A stretch of 64,000 bases of DNA from Tubulanus polymorphus (lineage: Eukaryota > Animalia > Nemertea), in contig NC_134026.1 in NCBI RefSeq assembly GCF_964204645.1, positions 18,820,150-18,884,149 of the forward strand, written 5' to 3'. The notes beneath the pieces are model-generated. The model searched no databases and was not told the DNA's origin. It worked only from the letters and a program-made list of their open reading frames with translations. The position numbers and the translations under genes are program-made. Below are positions 34,055-47,999 of the stretch, piece by piece; position 1 is the first letter of the stretch, and each line of letters starts with the position of its first letter.

Positions 34055-36967
34055 GCTGTGTAATCATATACGTAAAATCTTTACAGGCCTGTAGGGGGCT
34101 GCTAAGCCTAGCAACATAATTTGATAAAGAATATTTTTATGAAGAGAATCATTGTATTAGATCATGCTCCAGATGATTGTGTCAAATTGTGGAATAGAAC
34201 GTCCCAAAAGCTAATCTGCCAATGATTAATTGTGTACATTTGTACGTAAATTCTGTAAGATGGCTCCACGGTCAACAGGCACCAATCATTCTTCATATTC
34301 TGATTTAGTTTCATTTTTGCTTCATCTGAAATTTTGTAGGATGGCTTTGCTCTGTGGGGTTGAACTTTATTTGCTAGGCTAGGTTGTATTGAATTTATTT
34401 TTCTCTCACGGCAGTTAGTGGTGTAAGGGCTAGATGATTTGTCTTCCAGTTGTTTGAATTTTCATATTGCTGTTTTTTCTGTAGGAAGGCTCCTTTCCAG
34501 CGCTGCCGGGCAGCGCTACAAGATACCAGTACCTTGTTTTCAAATGCCTCCGATATTCACTTGCTTCTTTTTTCACTAGGACCCTTTGCGCGAATCAGGC
34601 GAAAATAGTATTGGAATTGTTTCAGAATACCCTCGCGGAATAGCATTGAATTTTATTGTGGCATCGGAACAATGAAACCCTGACTGTATTATACTTCATT
34701 GCCCAGTATCTATTTCCATTGAATTCTAGATATTTGCCGAATATTCTGTCGGATGCTGGATTCTGTCTTTCTGTGACTCAATTTCATTTGGGAATCACAA
34801 CACACGATGATACGTGTATATATTATCTCTAGCGTGACAGTAAATGTTAATGAAACAGAGTGTATTCGATAAAATCAGCTCTACTAGCTGCCGTCTCGCT
34901 CGTTGTGTCGTTCTAGTAACTGCCCACACAGCTCCTATTGATCGGCTACACCGCGCGTTCAGTCTCATTTCTTACAACACCCTGTTTTAACATACGCATT
35001 CGATGAAGCTCTCTTGCACTTGGAAAATATCTTTCGGCAGTTTTTCTGAACACTTTTAACGGATTATGAACTATCGTGCGTTCAGGTAAGGACGTGGTTT
35101 TCAAATTTTTAATTACTAGTGATCTAGTATTTTTCCTACATGGAGCTACTGATTGCTATCTCTGATGTAAGCTTTTTTGTCTTGAACATGTCTCTCCGTT
35201 CAATCTCGAAAGGAATTTAATTTCTTCAATCATGTTTGCTGCCTGTCTTCAAGGAAAATGTGAAAACGATAATTTATGAATTAAGTCATATGTTCAAATG
35301 CCTGAAGAAAGAATAGATTTCTTTTCTATTACATTTCATTTGCATGCATGTTAATCATTGAAAAAATACCTCGATATGTTAAGGTTTCTTTTTCATTTGA
35401 AGTTTTTATATTTTATCAAATACCTCAACAAAATGTCAGTCGATAGAAGTGTGTAATTTCAATTGAGTGAAGCCTGATGAAAATTAGCGCCAATCAGTTT
35501 CAGCGAGTGTGACATGTTGTCTTGCAGTTTATCAGCGTTGATCGATAGCTGTTCTATTTGATGGCTTTCAATGAATTGAATTTCATTATTTTTATGTTCA
35601 TTCCAGTCAATTGAATCCATGCTTAGCTATCAGGTTCATCGTCTTAAAGGGTAGGAGCTTGATTTAGAGTACGGTAGCAAAGATTCAGCCGCTTGTATAA
35701 GATTTCAACATCCTTTAGGGGCCTACTTTTATTTCTATTACCCGGTACAGTTAACACCATCATTATCCACCCAACTTAGCCCTGGGAAAAATGTGAGAGA
35801 CGGTCGTGTCGCATCTCGGAATGTAGAACATGTACGGCTGGTTGCAACTGGAGTTGCTGGCAGTTGCAAGGGCACATAGGTCGATGAGTTGCAATAGTGT
35901 TGCAACATGCCGACCACCTATGCCTCCCTTGTTCCCAGAGATGTCAATAAAGAATGGGGCCTAAATTTTATTTTACCTTTTCCTTCATTTACAGGGAGGG
36001 CCAAGCCAATTTTGAAAAAGATATGAACATTTTTTGTCTATGGATAAATAAGGGCCTCCAAGTTTTAGCCTATATCTTGCTTTACGTCGTTCGGATCTTG
36101 GTCTCCTAGTATCACGGTTTCTCACTCAATCTACTGTTATTGTTACTGTTAAAAATGACTTCTTTTCTAAATAATCAACTGGGATGTAGCTGTTACAACT
36201 TGCGTCGGTGTAGGATGTCTACAAAGTACGTAAAATTGTACATTAGATCTCATCGTTTAAACAAATGTCATAACCCTTCATTGTGAAGCCTGTTTCCTAA
36301 ACAGGTTGCGGTCATAAATCGATCAAAACTTGTTGGTAAAATGAATCGATGAATTTTTTCGCGATATTGGACTCGAGTGGTACGACAAATTCTTAGTTCG
36401 TGCGCGTATTCTTGAATTAGCTCGACTTCTCCGAAGTTATCTCGAATTTGATTTATAATTCAGACACGATCACATCGCTTTGGAATTGTATATGTTTTTG
36501 CCCGATGAACACGTTTAAGTCATTTTCTTGTTGACGCGAGTTGAATGAACGCGCGCCGGGAAAATTCCTGATACCATTAGCGTATACAGGTAGAGTAAGC
36601 GTGTGTATGTTGGCGATGCAGTGTTTTGTCTGTTGATATTGATCCGGTAGTTGACTTAATCCAGAAGCCTTTCTTCACGCTGAGCGGATGAAATATATGA
36701 CGATTACATCTGAGCGAGGATTTTTTTGCGTGTCATTAATAATATGATATCCCTCTATGCATGTTTTTTTTCATGTGTGATCGATAGTTTTGGGTGTTGC
36801 GTAATGAAGTGTATGTTACAAGATGCGAATTCCAAAATCTGTTGTTTGTGCTGTTGTAGTGTTATTCCGAAACAGAAGATGGTTAAAGTGTAGAATATGG
36901 GGTAATAGTGCAAGGGTTTACGAACGTATTCCATAAGTGGAATATGTTCAACAACCCGGTAAATATG

Positions 36968-37105
36968 CAGCCTTCCCCGGCAGAGATTCGAACCAAAGCA
37001 TTAGCTGTGCGTGTACCGGTGCACCCCGGTCTACTGTGGCTGGGGTTCGTGCCGTGGCTGAGTGTAGCGATACCATCAGGTTCGAATCCCTGCTGAGGGA
37101 GGATG
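36968..37105. mobile_element. TIR element with tRNA-like arms and 9-bp TSD, internally deleted copy
   Basis: Ends CAGCCTTCCC...GGGAGGATG. TSD GTAAATATG/GTAAATATA. B box GGTTCGAATCC. Confidence 0.75.
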
Positions 37106-37119
37106 GTAAATATACTGGG

Positions 37120-37410
37120 CACCTGGATGACTGATCGACTGGTTGACTGGTTGACTGGACGACTGGAGCCAAGTGTGCTCTGTCTCTGGCATCCTTTCGT
37201 CTAAGGAGACGATGGCGCAGCGCTGGTGCATCTTCTAGATCTAGTGTGGCTAAGGAGGCCGACTCTCGAATAGCAGTCATGGTTGCATTGACAGCAGATG
37301 AAGGCAGTGGAATTCTGGGTTCTGCTGCTCTTGCCTTCCTACGGATGCGCTTGGTTGACAGCCTCTCAAATCTGGCATGTTCAGCAACACTGCTCTGTAG
37401 TGCAGATGAA
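37120..37410 (-). mobile_element. RTE (BovB-like) LINE 3' end
   Basis: Minus strand encodes KRIRRK...FICCQCNHDCYSRVGLLSHTR (RTE C-terminal zinc finger), followed by the 3' UTR stem CCATCGTCTCCTTAGACGAAAGGATGCC and (CCAGTCAA)-type repeats. Confidence 0.75.
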
Positions 37411-39311
37411 TTAAGATATGTGTTTCGTCCTGGACCTACAAACCGGGTTCTACACTTGTGCCCAGAAAAGTTTATTTTTGAATTCAATTGTTCAGCGTTT
37501 ATATTCTGCCGTCATCAGGACTGAACTGAGTAGATTAAGATAATGGCTAATAAATACTGAAGTATTGAGTTTTTTTTTTCAGAATGACACCACATATTAA
37601 TGACTAAGAACGGGAAAGGGGTTTGCAACTTTAAAGAAGTTCCCATCATTTCATTATCTGATTGGTCTGAATTCAAAAGCCAAGGCATCTATATACACCA
37701 TCCTGCTGAAATTGCTGAAAAATTTATGTAAAGGCTAACAGAATGTTATCTGTCTTAAAATCTCAGCGCATGTTGCTCGCAGAGTATCCATTTAAATTGT
37801 TTTGAAAATGTCGAAGATTATCATAGATTGATGTGTCCAGATAGGGCTTATATGATTGACTGCAGTCCTCAAAATTTTTTTATGAATAACATTTCGGGTA
37901 AGACAACAAAATAAATTATTTACTCGCTCAAAATTTCCAGACCCTCCTTCTTGGCTTCGCATCCGCACTCACTTCATAGGGGTGGCCCTAACGACAGGAA
38001 AATCGCTCTTCATGTTTGCCCCTTATAGAAATAACCCAAGATCCACCCTTCAAATAACATCCATTTTAACTTCCTGTAATGAAAAATTAAATCATGGATA
38101 CATATAATAATTCAAAATTTGAAACAAAGGGGCACTCCCTATTTTCTTTATGATAGGCCTATCTATGATGAATGTAAGAATGGTTAATATGTTCTACAAA
38201 TTGAAAATTGATTGTATTTTCAAATTGTTCTAGTAAAACCTGCCCTGGAGGTGATTGGCTTGCATTATCACGCGCGAAAACCAATTTAGGACCACAGGGG
38301 CTCGTATCAGAGTTGTTAGGTAGAGTGAAAACGATTTAATCCAGTGTGTCGATAATGTATATAAGATAAAAGTTATTTCATATACATGATTTAGTTGCCT
38401 CGATCTCGAAATCTAGTGTACATAAGAATATCATGTCTAATCTTAAGAAATGCTCATGTTTGCAAAACCATGCATATTTCCTTCTGGCATTTTTACCTCA
38501 GGCATTTTTACCTATGGTATGGTTTTTCCTCTGGCATTTTCACCACTGGCGTTATTACCTATAGTATTTTTACCTCTGGTATTATTTATTACCTGGATTC
38601 ATTATAAACGCTGAATTTACAGATTATCGTTTTTACACAACCTACAATTCTGATGTGCGACCCTGTGTATAGGACTACAGTGTTAAAAATTTCTTCCGCC
38701 AATTCATCGCGATGACGACCCATCCCTGCCTTGGCTGCCCTGGAATTTGTGTAACTCTTAAGTGAATTTTTCAGTCCCGTGAGATCTGAGGCAAGCAGTG
38801 TCTGCTGTATTATGAAAAACCCTTCGCATAATTTTTCTATTCGTAGTTTTTATATCGATGAACAAAAATATCAACGTATGACGGAATGTAATTCTGTGCT
38901 TAGAGGGTAAGATTAAGATACATCCGATATCTGTCCTGGATTCTAAACAGTACTCCGATTTTGAAGAGCGCTGCATCATCCTATTTTCTATCTACACCAT
39001 CATATGTGACAAGTTATTCTATTCAATTGACTTATTGCCCAGTGGCATTTATCTATTACGAGCAGGAACGCCTGCTGAATTATGCAGGGATTCAAGCCAG
39101 CTCGGTTAGCTAAGAATTTCTAGCTCGCTGATCAATCAGTGATGGTGAATAGCGGCAAATCATTTGGTGACGATAACGCGGTTAGCGCTGGTTGCTGTGG
39201 ATAACCTTGACTCGTCAGTGTACGTAGTAGTACATTAACTACGGTATAGGTGATGTATAGATTATATAGATGTCAGAAGGATAAGTGCCTAGCGCCAGGA
39301 CTTTGGAATAA

Positions 39312-39535
39312 AGCCGGGATCATACGAGCATTTTTGGCAACTTTTCACGTGGTGCCAAATAGCCCGAGCCTGTTTGGCCCGACCAAAAAGTCATACCAGG
39401 CCAGAGCCAAATTTAAGCACGAGACAAATGATTGCGTTTGAATTGCAACTGGTACCGGAAATGACTCGGTTTGCTTTGTTTCAGCATTGTTTTGCATGGG
39501 CCAAATTTGGCTTGGGTCTGAATTGTATTATAGGA
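39312..39535. mobile_element. MITE relic, homologous in reverse orientation to 61205-61526
   Basis: Shared block GAATTGCAACTGGT.CCGGAA.TGACTC...GCTTTGTTT..CATTG. Confidence 0.55.
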
Positions 39536-40205
39536 TCCTTGTGCCGTATAAGAACAATTTATCATCGTCATTATAATTCAAAATGAAAAATCTTATATAG
39601 ATTGGCTGTCAAGCGGCCCTATATTTCCTACATTCCTCTGCAAAAATTGTTTTCCCTACTGATTCCTAATTTTTGGTTAAAGGGTTGTTTTCCCTACTTT
39701 TCAAAAAATAATTAATCCAGTCCACACATGATGAAATTTCACGATTCTTCTGAGATATCAGCATTTTGCGATCTCAATATCCTTGGTATAAGTTCTTGTG
39801 CTGTCACGTAAGAAGTCGATGCCTGTGGAAGTGTATCATGTTTTGATATTGAATGTAGCCTACCAGAAAATAATAAATGAGGATGTCGGAGCATTCCTGG
39901 TATAAGTAAAACAAAAGTTGTGACTACATTCCCTATACTTTATGCCCTGTCCAACATTCTAGAATACCTATCTTCAGTCGCTTGTCGGTTTGGACTGGTT
40001 GGAAGATTGTTTGAACAAACCGAAAATGAAATTTCTGATTATGTAGTTTGATTTAAAGAAAAAAATTCTGTACTTTCGACCACCGATCTCACAACTATTT
40101 CTGCGCTTCGATTTGCGATTTCAAAATCGAATCCCTGGTTTTGCTCCAGGCAGGCGTGGTGGGTTTGCAAGCAATACCAAACCAAATCGAGAACAGGGTT
40201 AATTC

Positions 40206-40540
40206 CATCCTCCCTCTGCAGGGATTCGAACCTGATGGCATCACTAGACTCAGCCACGGCACAAACCCCTGCCACAGTAGACCGGGTGCGCAGGCACACG
40301 CTTTGCCGCATGAAAATTTGCAGTACCAACCAGATTGCATGTTGTATAATTGCTGAGGCAAATTTCACGGAAGAACTGTAAATGGGAAAACCCGGGCTAA
40401 AATAACACGGGATTTCTTATTGACTAATATTGACATCATCTAAGCTGCGTATGTATCTGCGCACTCGGTCTAGTGTGGCGGAGTTTTGTACCGTGGCTAT
40501 CTCGATGCCATCAGGTTCGAATTCCTGCCGCGGGAGGATG
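40206..40540. mobile_element. TIR element with tRNA-like arms and 9-bp TSD (Mutator-like MITE), full-length copy
   Basis: CATCCTCCC...GGGAGGATG termini and ~95-bp imperfect inverted arms, each with GGTTCGAAT(C/T)C. TSD GGTTAATTC/GGTTAATCC. Inserted in the 30050-type repeat; a comparable empty site is visible near 62755. Confidence 0.85.
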
Positions 40541-41781
40541 GGTTAATCCCTATTTTGATATTCAAAAAAGTCCATATACCTTATTCCAGTGAAGTAGAAA
40601 ATTTGATCCCTCCTTTCCACTTGTTTTGAAAGAACCACATGTCAGCCTGATTATATGGTTCTAACATTTCATCAACTTTTTAAAACTGTAATCAATTATC
40701 ATCAATGATTTAACCGGAAATATCCCATCCCAGAATCCTAATCCAGTTTGAATGCTTTCAATCTTGTCGAAGAAAACACTCTTATCCGCGTCAACTCTAG
40801 ACGACAGCAATAATTTGCCACTCTATGTGTAACTTTCTTAATTTCATTTGTGAAAATGTTATCTTGGCAAAAATAGGGAGTCTTTTCTGAATTCCTGGCA
40901 ATAAGAACATGCCCTTCGCTGGATTTTTGGCAATATGAGCCTGTCCTAATATGTGACGATTGTGTTGTGCCATTGAGGGCATTTTTAGCTATTCTTAAGA
41001 ATTTTCTATCGCCGGCTAGCGAACAGTGATAGGCCATGTTTTATGACAACACTACCACAGATAATTCACAGTATCATCTGACTGCAGATGGTGTATATAG
41101 TGGGATGGTATTTCTGATGATACAGTTTTTGATAAGGGCACTAGAACAATTCAAGGGGTCGCACATGCTGCAGGTGTGAGCCCCTGTATCCACTCCTGGT
41201 AAGTCAGGGTCAGCGCCACCTGGTATCTGATGACCGTATGACGAAATAAGTTAGACTGGTTGTCTGACGAATTCTGTGCCAACTGCATTCGTAGTCAGAA
41301 TGATAATTCCAACCGAGGATAGAGATCGGCAACCAGTCTGACAAAGAATCAAAGATTGAAACCGACAACCAGTCTTTAAAAAAGTTACGTCAGCTCCATC
41401 CGCCGTTAGATGATCGCATGACTGAATTCAAAACTAGGTGATGAAAAACGATTGGTAATAGAATTTAAAACTGGCTGATGAAAAATCACAGATATAGCCT
41501 ATTTACCAGTCCGAAGAGTTGGATGGTACTGGGGTGGCAGCCTACATGCCTCATGATTCCTAAAAATTTAAATGTCTTGACTAATAAAAGATTGACAGCT
41601 TCATTCCTGAAAATACACATCGGTTAACGAATTTGTAACATAATATTGTGAGTTGGTCATATGATAATGAATATGTTGGCAAAAAATACATTACCTGGGT
41701 ATATACATGCGTATAGAGGTGTTGCTAGGGATGACGTTCCATAATTCTGTTTGTAAGAAGCCATTTGAAAGAACGAACATA

Positions 41782-41966
41782 TAAGCCCAACGCACACGGC
41801 ACTGAAAAAAAGTTTTTTCCTCGTGAAAAAACGTTTTTTCAGTGCCGTATGCATTGGAGCCAAAACAAAACACTGAAAAATGTTTTTCACGAGCGAAAAA
41901 CGTTTTGTGAAAAACGTGTTTTCTGTTTCGGCGAAACAAATTTTTTGCGTTTGTGCATTGGGCTTT
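41782..41966. mobile_element. MITE, Harbinger-like
   Basis: TIR AAGCCCAACGCACAC / GTGCATTGGGCTT with internal A/T-run palindromes. Confidence 0.65.
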
Positions 41967-42264
41967 AGCCTATTGGCAGTTGTAGTCGCATGATTTAACG
42001 CCCGCTTTTTACAATGTGGTGACCAACGTATTTCGCTCACGTAGGTGATGAAATTAACGTAGTTGTATGTCGGATTGGGAATTCGTGTTACCACTCGAAA
42101 GGCGGGAGAGCAGGTTAAGAATGGATTGGAAATGCATAAAAATGAAGAAAGCACGGACGCCATGTTAGTAAGCGCCAAATCATGTGCGAAACACGACTCG
42201 CACTTTAAGCGCGGTATTCTGGCTCATCATTGTGCACAACTTCAGTCATCTCTCCCCGAAGAGA

Positions 42265-42460
42265 TGTAATGTTCGAGCTGCTAGCGACTAAGCCCTCGGC
42301 AATCATCTATCAGGCCAGGTACCCATTTGCTCCTGGGCAACGAGCGGCGATGAGGATAAGTGTCTTAATGAGGTCACTCGACTGAGGTAATGTAGGGGTT
42401 CGAACCCATGACTTATAGCATCCCAGAGTCATCGCTCTAATGACTCGCCCGTGCTGATCC
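42265..42460 (-). mobile_element. tRNA-derived CORE-type SINE
   Basis: Minus strand: tRNA head with B box GGTTCGAACCC, then GTGACCTCATTAAGACACTTATCCTCA...CCCAGGAGCAAATGGGTACC (CORE/MIR-like). Related fragment at ~58205-58270 (+). Confidence 0.7.
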
Positions 42461-44603
42461 TTATGAAATTAGTATGGATAACTGGACATTTTAGTGATTA
42501 AGATTAAAAAGGATGAAAATGCAACTTCATGCATTTTAAATCATTCTCAAATGTGAATTAGAATTGATACGAATATCATTGTTTCACTGTTTCCCACTTG
42601 TCTTTCTTATTTTCTTATATTTGTGTTTTGTCTAGAATCTTCGGCACTTCCAAAATTTCCCACATCACGCCAAATCCCCCTTAAACCAGATTTCTAGATT
42701 CAAGCCATTCGGATCCTTTTACCTAAATTTGCATGGAACCAATGCACAGTGATAGTTCGAGTGGATAGATGTTATTTTTTCCTGAAAGTTTCAAATAAAA
42801 CACGTTAGTTTGGTTGTCTTCATTGAAAACGTATATGACAAAGATTTCAGTTAAATTTTTTCTTGAAAGTGGGCCCAGATGAAATATGTTTGAACAATCT
42901 GCATATAGAGTATAATTTACATATGATCTTGTGAACCAATTAAAGCAGCTCAAAATTTGGACCCGGGAGAAATGTGTATTGTGTGTAGAATGTAATTTAT
43001 AATCTCGCGAACCAATTAAAGCAGTTTGAATTATCCGCATTAATTGGGCTCTGCGTCTTCTATCTTCCGGGGTGGATCCAGAAATTTTAGTGGAGGGGGG
43101 GTCAAGCTCTTGTGTTTTTCCAGATATGATTTTTTGATAAATATTTCAATGACAAATGCATTCTCTTGATATTTGACGATCAAACTTAATTTGAAATTAA
43201 GAATGATTAATGTGTGAAATGCATACTCTTTTTTTATGTTCAAATATCTACATATACACAGAGTTTCATGCACATGCTCTAATTGCGGTTCGTTTCATAA
43301 TTAATATGATTGATCAAGCCCCCCTAAAACTCCCTTGATTTGAAATTCTATATACGTACAAACGAACTTAATCCAGTACTAATGTAGAGTTAGATTTATG
43401 TATTGCACGCTCGTATGAAAATATATATGATGCACGATTTTCCCCGGATTTCTCATGAACAAGAATTTGATTAAGCACGATTTGCATCATTCCACTATTT
43501 GAAATCCATAGGCTTTTATACACGAATATACCGCGGATGGATATACCACGCTTGATAAGCCACCACCCCCATACAAGGCTCAGGTTCTTCTGACGACAGA
43601 ACTTTGGTAGTTAGTATTCGAACTAGGCAAATGCAACCCCCTCCTCAATATTATACCACCATACTTGTCCTTAAAGGTAAGATTTGATTTCGTCAGTCAG
43701 AATATTACATATTGAGGCCCATGTCAAGCTTTTTTGAGGGGCAGTTCTATTTCTAGAAAAGGGGCACTTTTAACCACAAAAAGGGGCACTACTTTCCTCT
43801 CAAATAAGAAGTGCCCGGGTAACTGAATAAATCATTTGATATTGATTACTTTTCAATTTCCATTAAGGGCGCTTTTGAAGGGCGCTTTGCAAATTTTGTT
43901 CGCTATTACAGATACCCCTCGGCATGGTAGATATTTCCCTATATTTCTGTATGATGTAGAAGAAGAATATATTTAGGCAACTCTTCTGAGCAGAGGTAAA
44001 TCACGCAGCTGTCTTTATTTGTCTACAATGAACGAGGCACAGAAAGCTGCGTGTAGCTCTTCGTCCTCTCTGTCTCTCTCTCCGCTTGCTAGCTCTCGTG
44101 AATTAGTCGAATCTATGGATTGTTACAGGTAGTTGCCATGACAACTGTATGTCATGAGCATGGATCGCTTGCTCATTGGATTCAGTGACAGTGAGCACGC
44201 ACATACGCATACCTGAAGTGAAACCTTTGGTGCTCATTTACCTCTGAATTCACAGGTTATTGTAAAAACAACAATTACATCGGTTATGTTTGCGTTTGTT
44301 AAGTGGCGAAGTAGCAGTACTCTGATTGTGGGCTTCGATTGAACAGGCCCCTAGTGGTTATTGTTTTCTAGAATTCATTTCACCACACTGTGTTGACCTA
44401 TCATGAGTAATGAATAGTAGCCAAGTAGAAAACCATGTGTATTTTAAGCCAGGGGCCAGTGGTTAAAAACCGGCCATTATAAAACTGTAGTAACAATGTA
44501 CTCTCAACTGTCAATGTGTCAACTACCCACTGGTTAACTCTAACCAACTAATGAGCAACTTACTGGCCCCATAAATTTTGGTTTGCATTGCCAGTGGAAG
44601 CCA

Positions 44604-44755
44604 CTGGGCCCAGTTGCACAGTCGTGACTTAAGTCCAAAAGAGGTCTTAAATCTTAAGACTGGTCTTAAGCTGTTAGATCCAGTATAGAACTTAGTTGGT
44701 CTTAGACCAGTCTTAAATCTAAGCCATGACTAGATATGGTCTTTTAGTGCAGAAC
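44604..44755. mobile_element. Palindromic MITE relic
   Basis: GGGCCCAGTTGCACAGTC start and repeated TAAGACTGGTCTTAAG/TAGACCAGTCTTA inverted motifs. Confidence 0.5.
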
Positions 44756-45254
44756 TTAATGAGAAGTACATGTATATATACATTTTTGGACAAAAAGAAA
44801 ATAAAAAGCATAGGAGAATCACAAATATACATATATACAAATACAAATACAAATGCACATGCATATGCACACAAGCACACGCACGCACATAGGCCTGCAG
44901 TCACATGATGATTTAAATCGTCTTCATTATTGATGATACCAGTATCAAAAATTTATGAACTTTTGATGAAATAGATGGATAGAAGTGGTTTTATTGCTGA
45001 CCTCACTCTCATTGTACGTTATTAGAAAATTTTTAGGCTGCATCTCATGGGCCATCACTTTTTCATGATTCCATGCAACTAATGGTATAAAACGTGCGTA
45101 TATCAATAACGTTTTCATACAGTTCGACCCGCAAATCATTGTTGGATTTCAGTTAAAATCGTGATGAATGGGATCAGTGTAACTGTAGACTAAATTGAAG
45201 ATTTTGAAGAAATCTTAAGATTTATCATTGTTCGAGTGTGGGATTCTTTTTCAA

Positions 45255-45560
45255 TTTCTGGTTCTCAGGCTTCCGTGAAGCCTTATTCTCATACTATTTG
45301 TCTATGTCTGTGTGTCTGTCTTTGAAGAACTTAGCTTCGTTAATAGTTGGTCGATCTTGATGAAACTTGGTTACAATGTTAGTATGGGGTCGAATTGTGC
45401 AGTGCAAAGAATGGGCCCAGTGCACCTCCTAGTAGCAGAATTAGGCACTAGAAACTCTTGAGCGACATGACCTTGAAGATGACCTCATAACTGAGGAACG
45501 GTGTCGAAATTAAAAAAAATGTCTTGACGAAAAATAGCTATTGGTGCTAGATACAACAAA
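45255..45560 (+). mobile_element. HINE/DINE-like fragment (different family)
   Basis: 5' hairpin AGGCTTC-CGT-GAAGCCT, (TGTC)n microsatellite, GATGAAACTTGG and TGACCTTGA motifs. Confidence 0.5.
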
Positions 45561-47999
45561 TCCGAAATGCAATGGGAATTTACGCATATGGTAATATTTC
45601 GTGAGTTCGAGCCTGAGTCCGATAACCGTCGTTGCCTATGGCTCGTTGTATTTCATACGCCTGACATTTTGTTCACATTCGGTAGAGCTGTGCCTTATAT
45701 GCAACGAATGTTCCATTAGCATAGGGGGAAATTCCTTTTTACGCGAAATGGGAATTTTGATAGAAAAGAAGATACGCTCATCTTGTTATGCATTATTCGA
45801 TCGAGTACTGAATAACATTTGCTTGAAAATTCTTTCATGTTTCGACGCCCGTGTATAACGATGATTTCTCAAATTCGGGTTAGGTTTTTGAATTTCAGGT
45901 GAAACATCTCAGTCATTCTCGACATATTCAGTGTATTAATAGTCACTACACGCTTAAAGGGTTCAAAGAGTCTTTCGGCGAACTTTTATAGTTTTTTCAC
46001 CCCTGAACACGGGTATCCTGTTTTCAGTACCCCCTGCATAGGTACTCAGTCTAGACACTATGTCCGTACTCGATTAAAAGGTATATAACTGCTTAATTCA
46101 AGGAAGTGTAGTGGTCTAAGCCGTCGGTTTGAATAGTGAATTGGTAATAAATCATTTTCCATGCTGTCCGTTTTAGGTAGCTTAAAAAAGACGATGCCGA
46201 TGAAGATACTGAACGGATTTATTTCCAAGCTGTCGTCAGTAGAATGAATATTGAAATTACTCCATCGGCTGATCAGACAGTAAGTTTGCTTTCCATCGTT
46301 CCATCAGTGCGGCGCCAAAAGCTGTGTATCCAAGCACCAGGCAATGAGGTATGGATACACCGCCAAATGGCGCGTGTTCGCAGTCTGTTTTCGTAGCCAA
46401 AATTAGTTCATTATCAGTCGACTTTGAACTCGATCAGAGGCTAGGGAATTCGAATGATACCACTTGAGCCACCAAGATGAAATTAAAGATATATCCGCTT
46501 GTCTCATACGACTTTGTATATTGGTATAGTTTTCGTTGATGATCGATTTTTTTTCACATGAAAGGTTGGTTCCATTTGATTGAAATGTAGAAGATACGGG
46601 GTACCGGCAACACTACTGTGGCAAGCGAGGATTCCGCCAGGATTGCTAATAGCACTGGGTTTAATGTCGCACTTCAATTCCTTCTACATTTCAATCAAAT
46701 TTGAGTCTTTGAATCGAATTTTTCTCATCAGTAAATCTTCAATGAAATCTATACCATAAATTTAAATCTATACCTAAATTTTCTGTGAAATCTACACCAT
46801 GCACCGAGTGATTGCTTGCCACAGTACCTCATTGTGCCACCCTTGGCCAGTCGGAGGTTTTGGCGAAATTTTATTTAGATTTGAGCAAAAATATTTACAT
46901 CTATTTACAGAGCCGCCAACCATGCCTGATTCTAGATAAAAAGTGTCCCTAAAACTGTCGTTGTCATTGTGTCCCTGAAAAGAATTTCTTTGATCGTCCC
47001 CGAGTCGAAACTCTCTGGTTGGCTGCTCTGAAACGTTCCAAAATGCTTTCGTAATGAGTATATGAAGGCGCAAACATTGATTCTAGTAGAAAATGTGACT
47101 ACGTCGTAATGTTCTGTTTTTCGCAGAATGTCTCCTCGATGAATGTTTTAACTCGTCTTAGTATAATAAATGCGTAAGGTAAGAAACGAAAAATGATGTT
47201 ATTACATTTTTACCCTGCATGCCTGTAGCCGGAGATGCTTTTGCGACCAGCGTCGCGCGTATGAGCGACTCTTTATACTTTCTTTGTACATCTATTTCAT
47301 TCATTCCGGCTGTCGACGTTTACTGCTTTAAAAGAGCCTAAGGCTGAAAAAGATGCCTCACTTCTCATTTTTCAGAGGCACTTAAGTCCCGTCCTTAGGC
47401 ATCCTTTTTAAATCCTGAACTGCGCATTACATTGAATTAACCATGCTTTCAGGCGTTTTTCTTTTATGGGTAATGTTCGGACCAAAACTCTGCACCAATA
47501 TTGTAGAAATAAGAAGAAAAATTTAGTTTACTATTAGGCTGCCTATTTAATGGTTAGGAAACCAAAAATCAGTCTAAAACCCTATGTGAAGGTCCATTCT
47601 TCTCTTTAAAGTACTAGATGGGTTTTATCTGGGAGTTGGGAGAGCTCCAAGATTTTATGAATGGATAGTGATTGTAGAAACAACAGAATACTATTTTCAG
47701 CCTGATATTTTCCAAGTCATCATCAGAAGGAAGGTATCTTTTTCAGCCCGACGCGTACAGACCTACGAAACTAGTAGGCTATACGATAAACATATAGGAT
47801 GGAGACCTGTGCTTAGGGAATGTTTGGTAACTGTCATGATAGTATGACATTTGCACACTGTTCGCTATGGTCTAACGCCCACAGCAGTTAATAAGCACGG
47901 AAGGTGACACAAGAAACCGTTTTTCACTTGTTGCGTGGCTATGTGCATTGCCTCAAATTGTTTCCCAACCCAACATATTTGTTTGTTTCTTCATATTCA

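Noticed and set aside
37010-37095. Possible tRNA genes at GGTTCGAATCC motifs (also ~12033, ~40515, ~42396, ~55776)
   Set aside because: No complete cloverleaf could be built by eye; all lie in SINE or TIR repeats.
36948-37487. 179-aa minus-strand ORF
   Set aside because: Chance read-through across an RTE 3' fragment and a TIR element.
41222-41255. CTGATGA...GAAA hammerhead-like string (also ~21512)
   Set aside because: Stem II does not pair properly here, and GAAA is missing at ~21512.
41657-42178. 173-aa minus-strand ORF
   Set aside because: Spans a low-complexity MITE; no recognisable domain.
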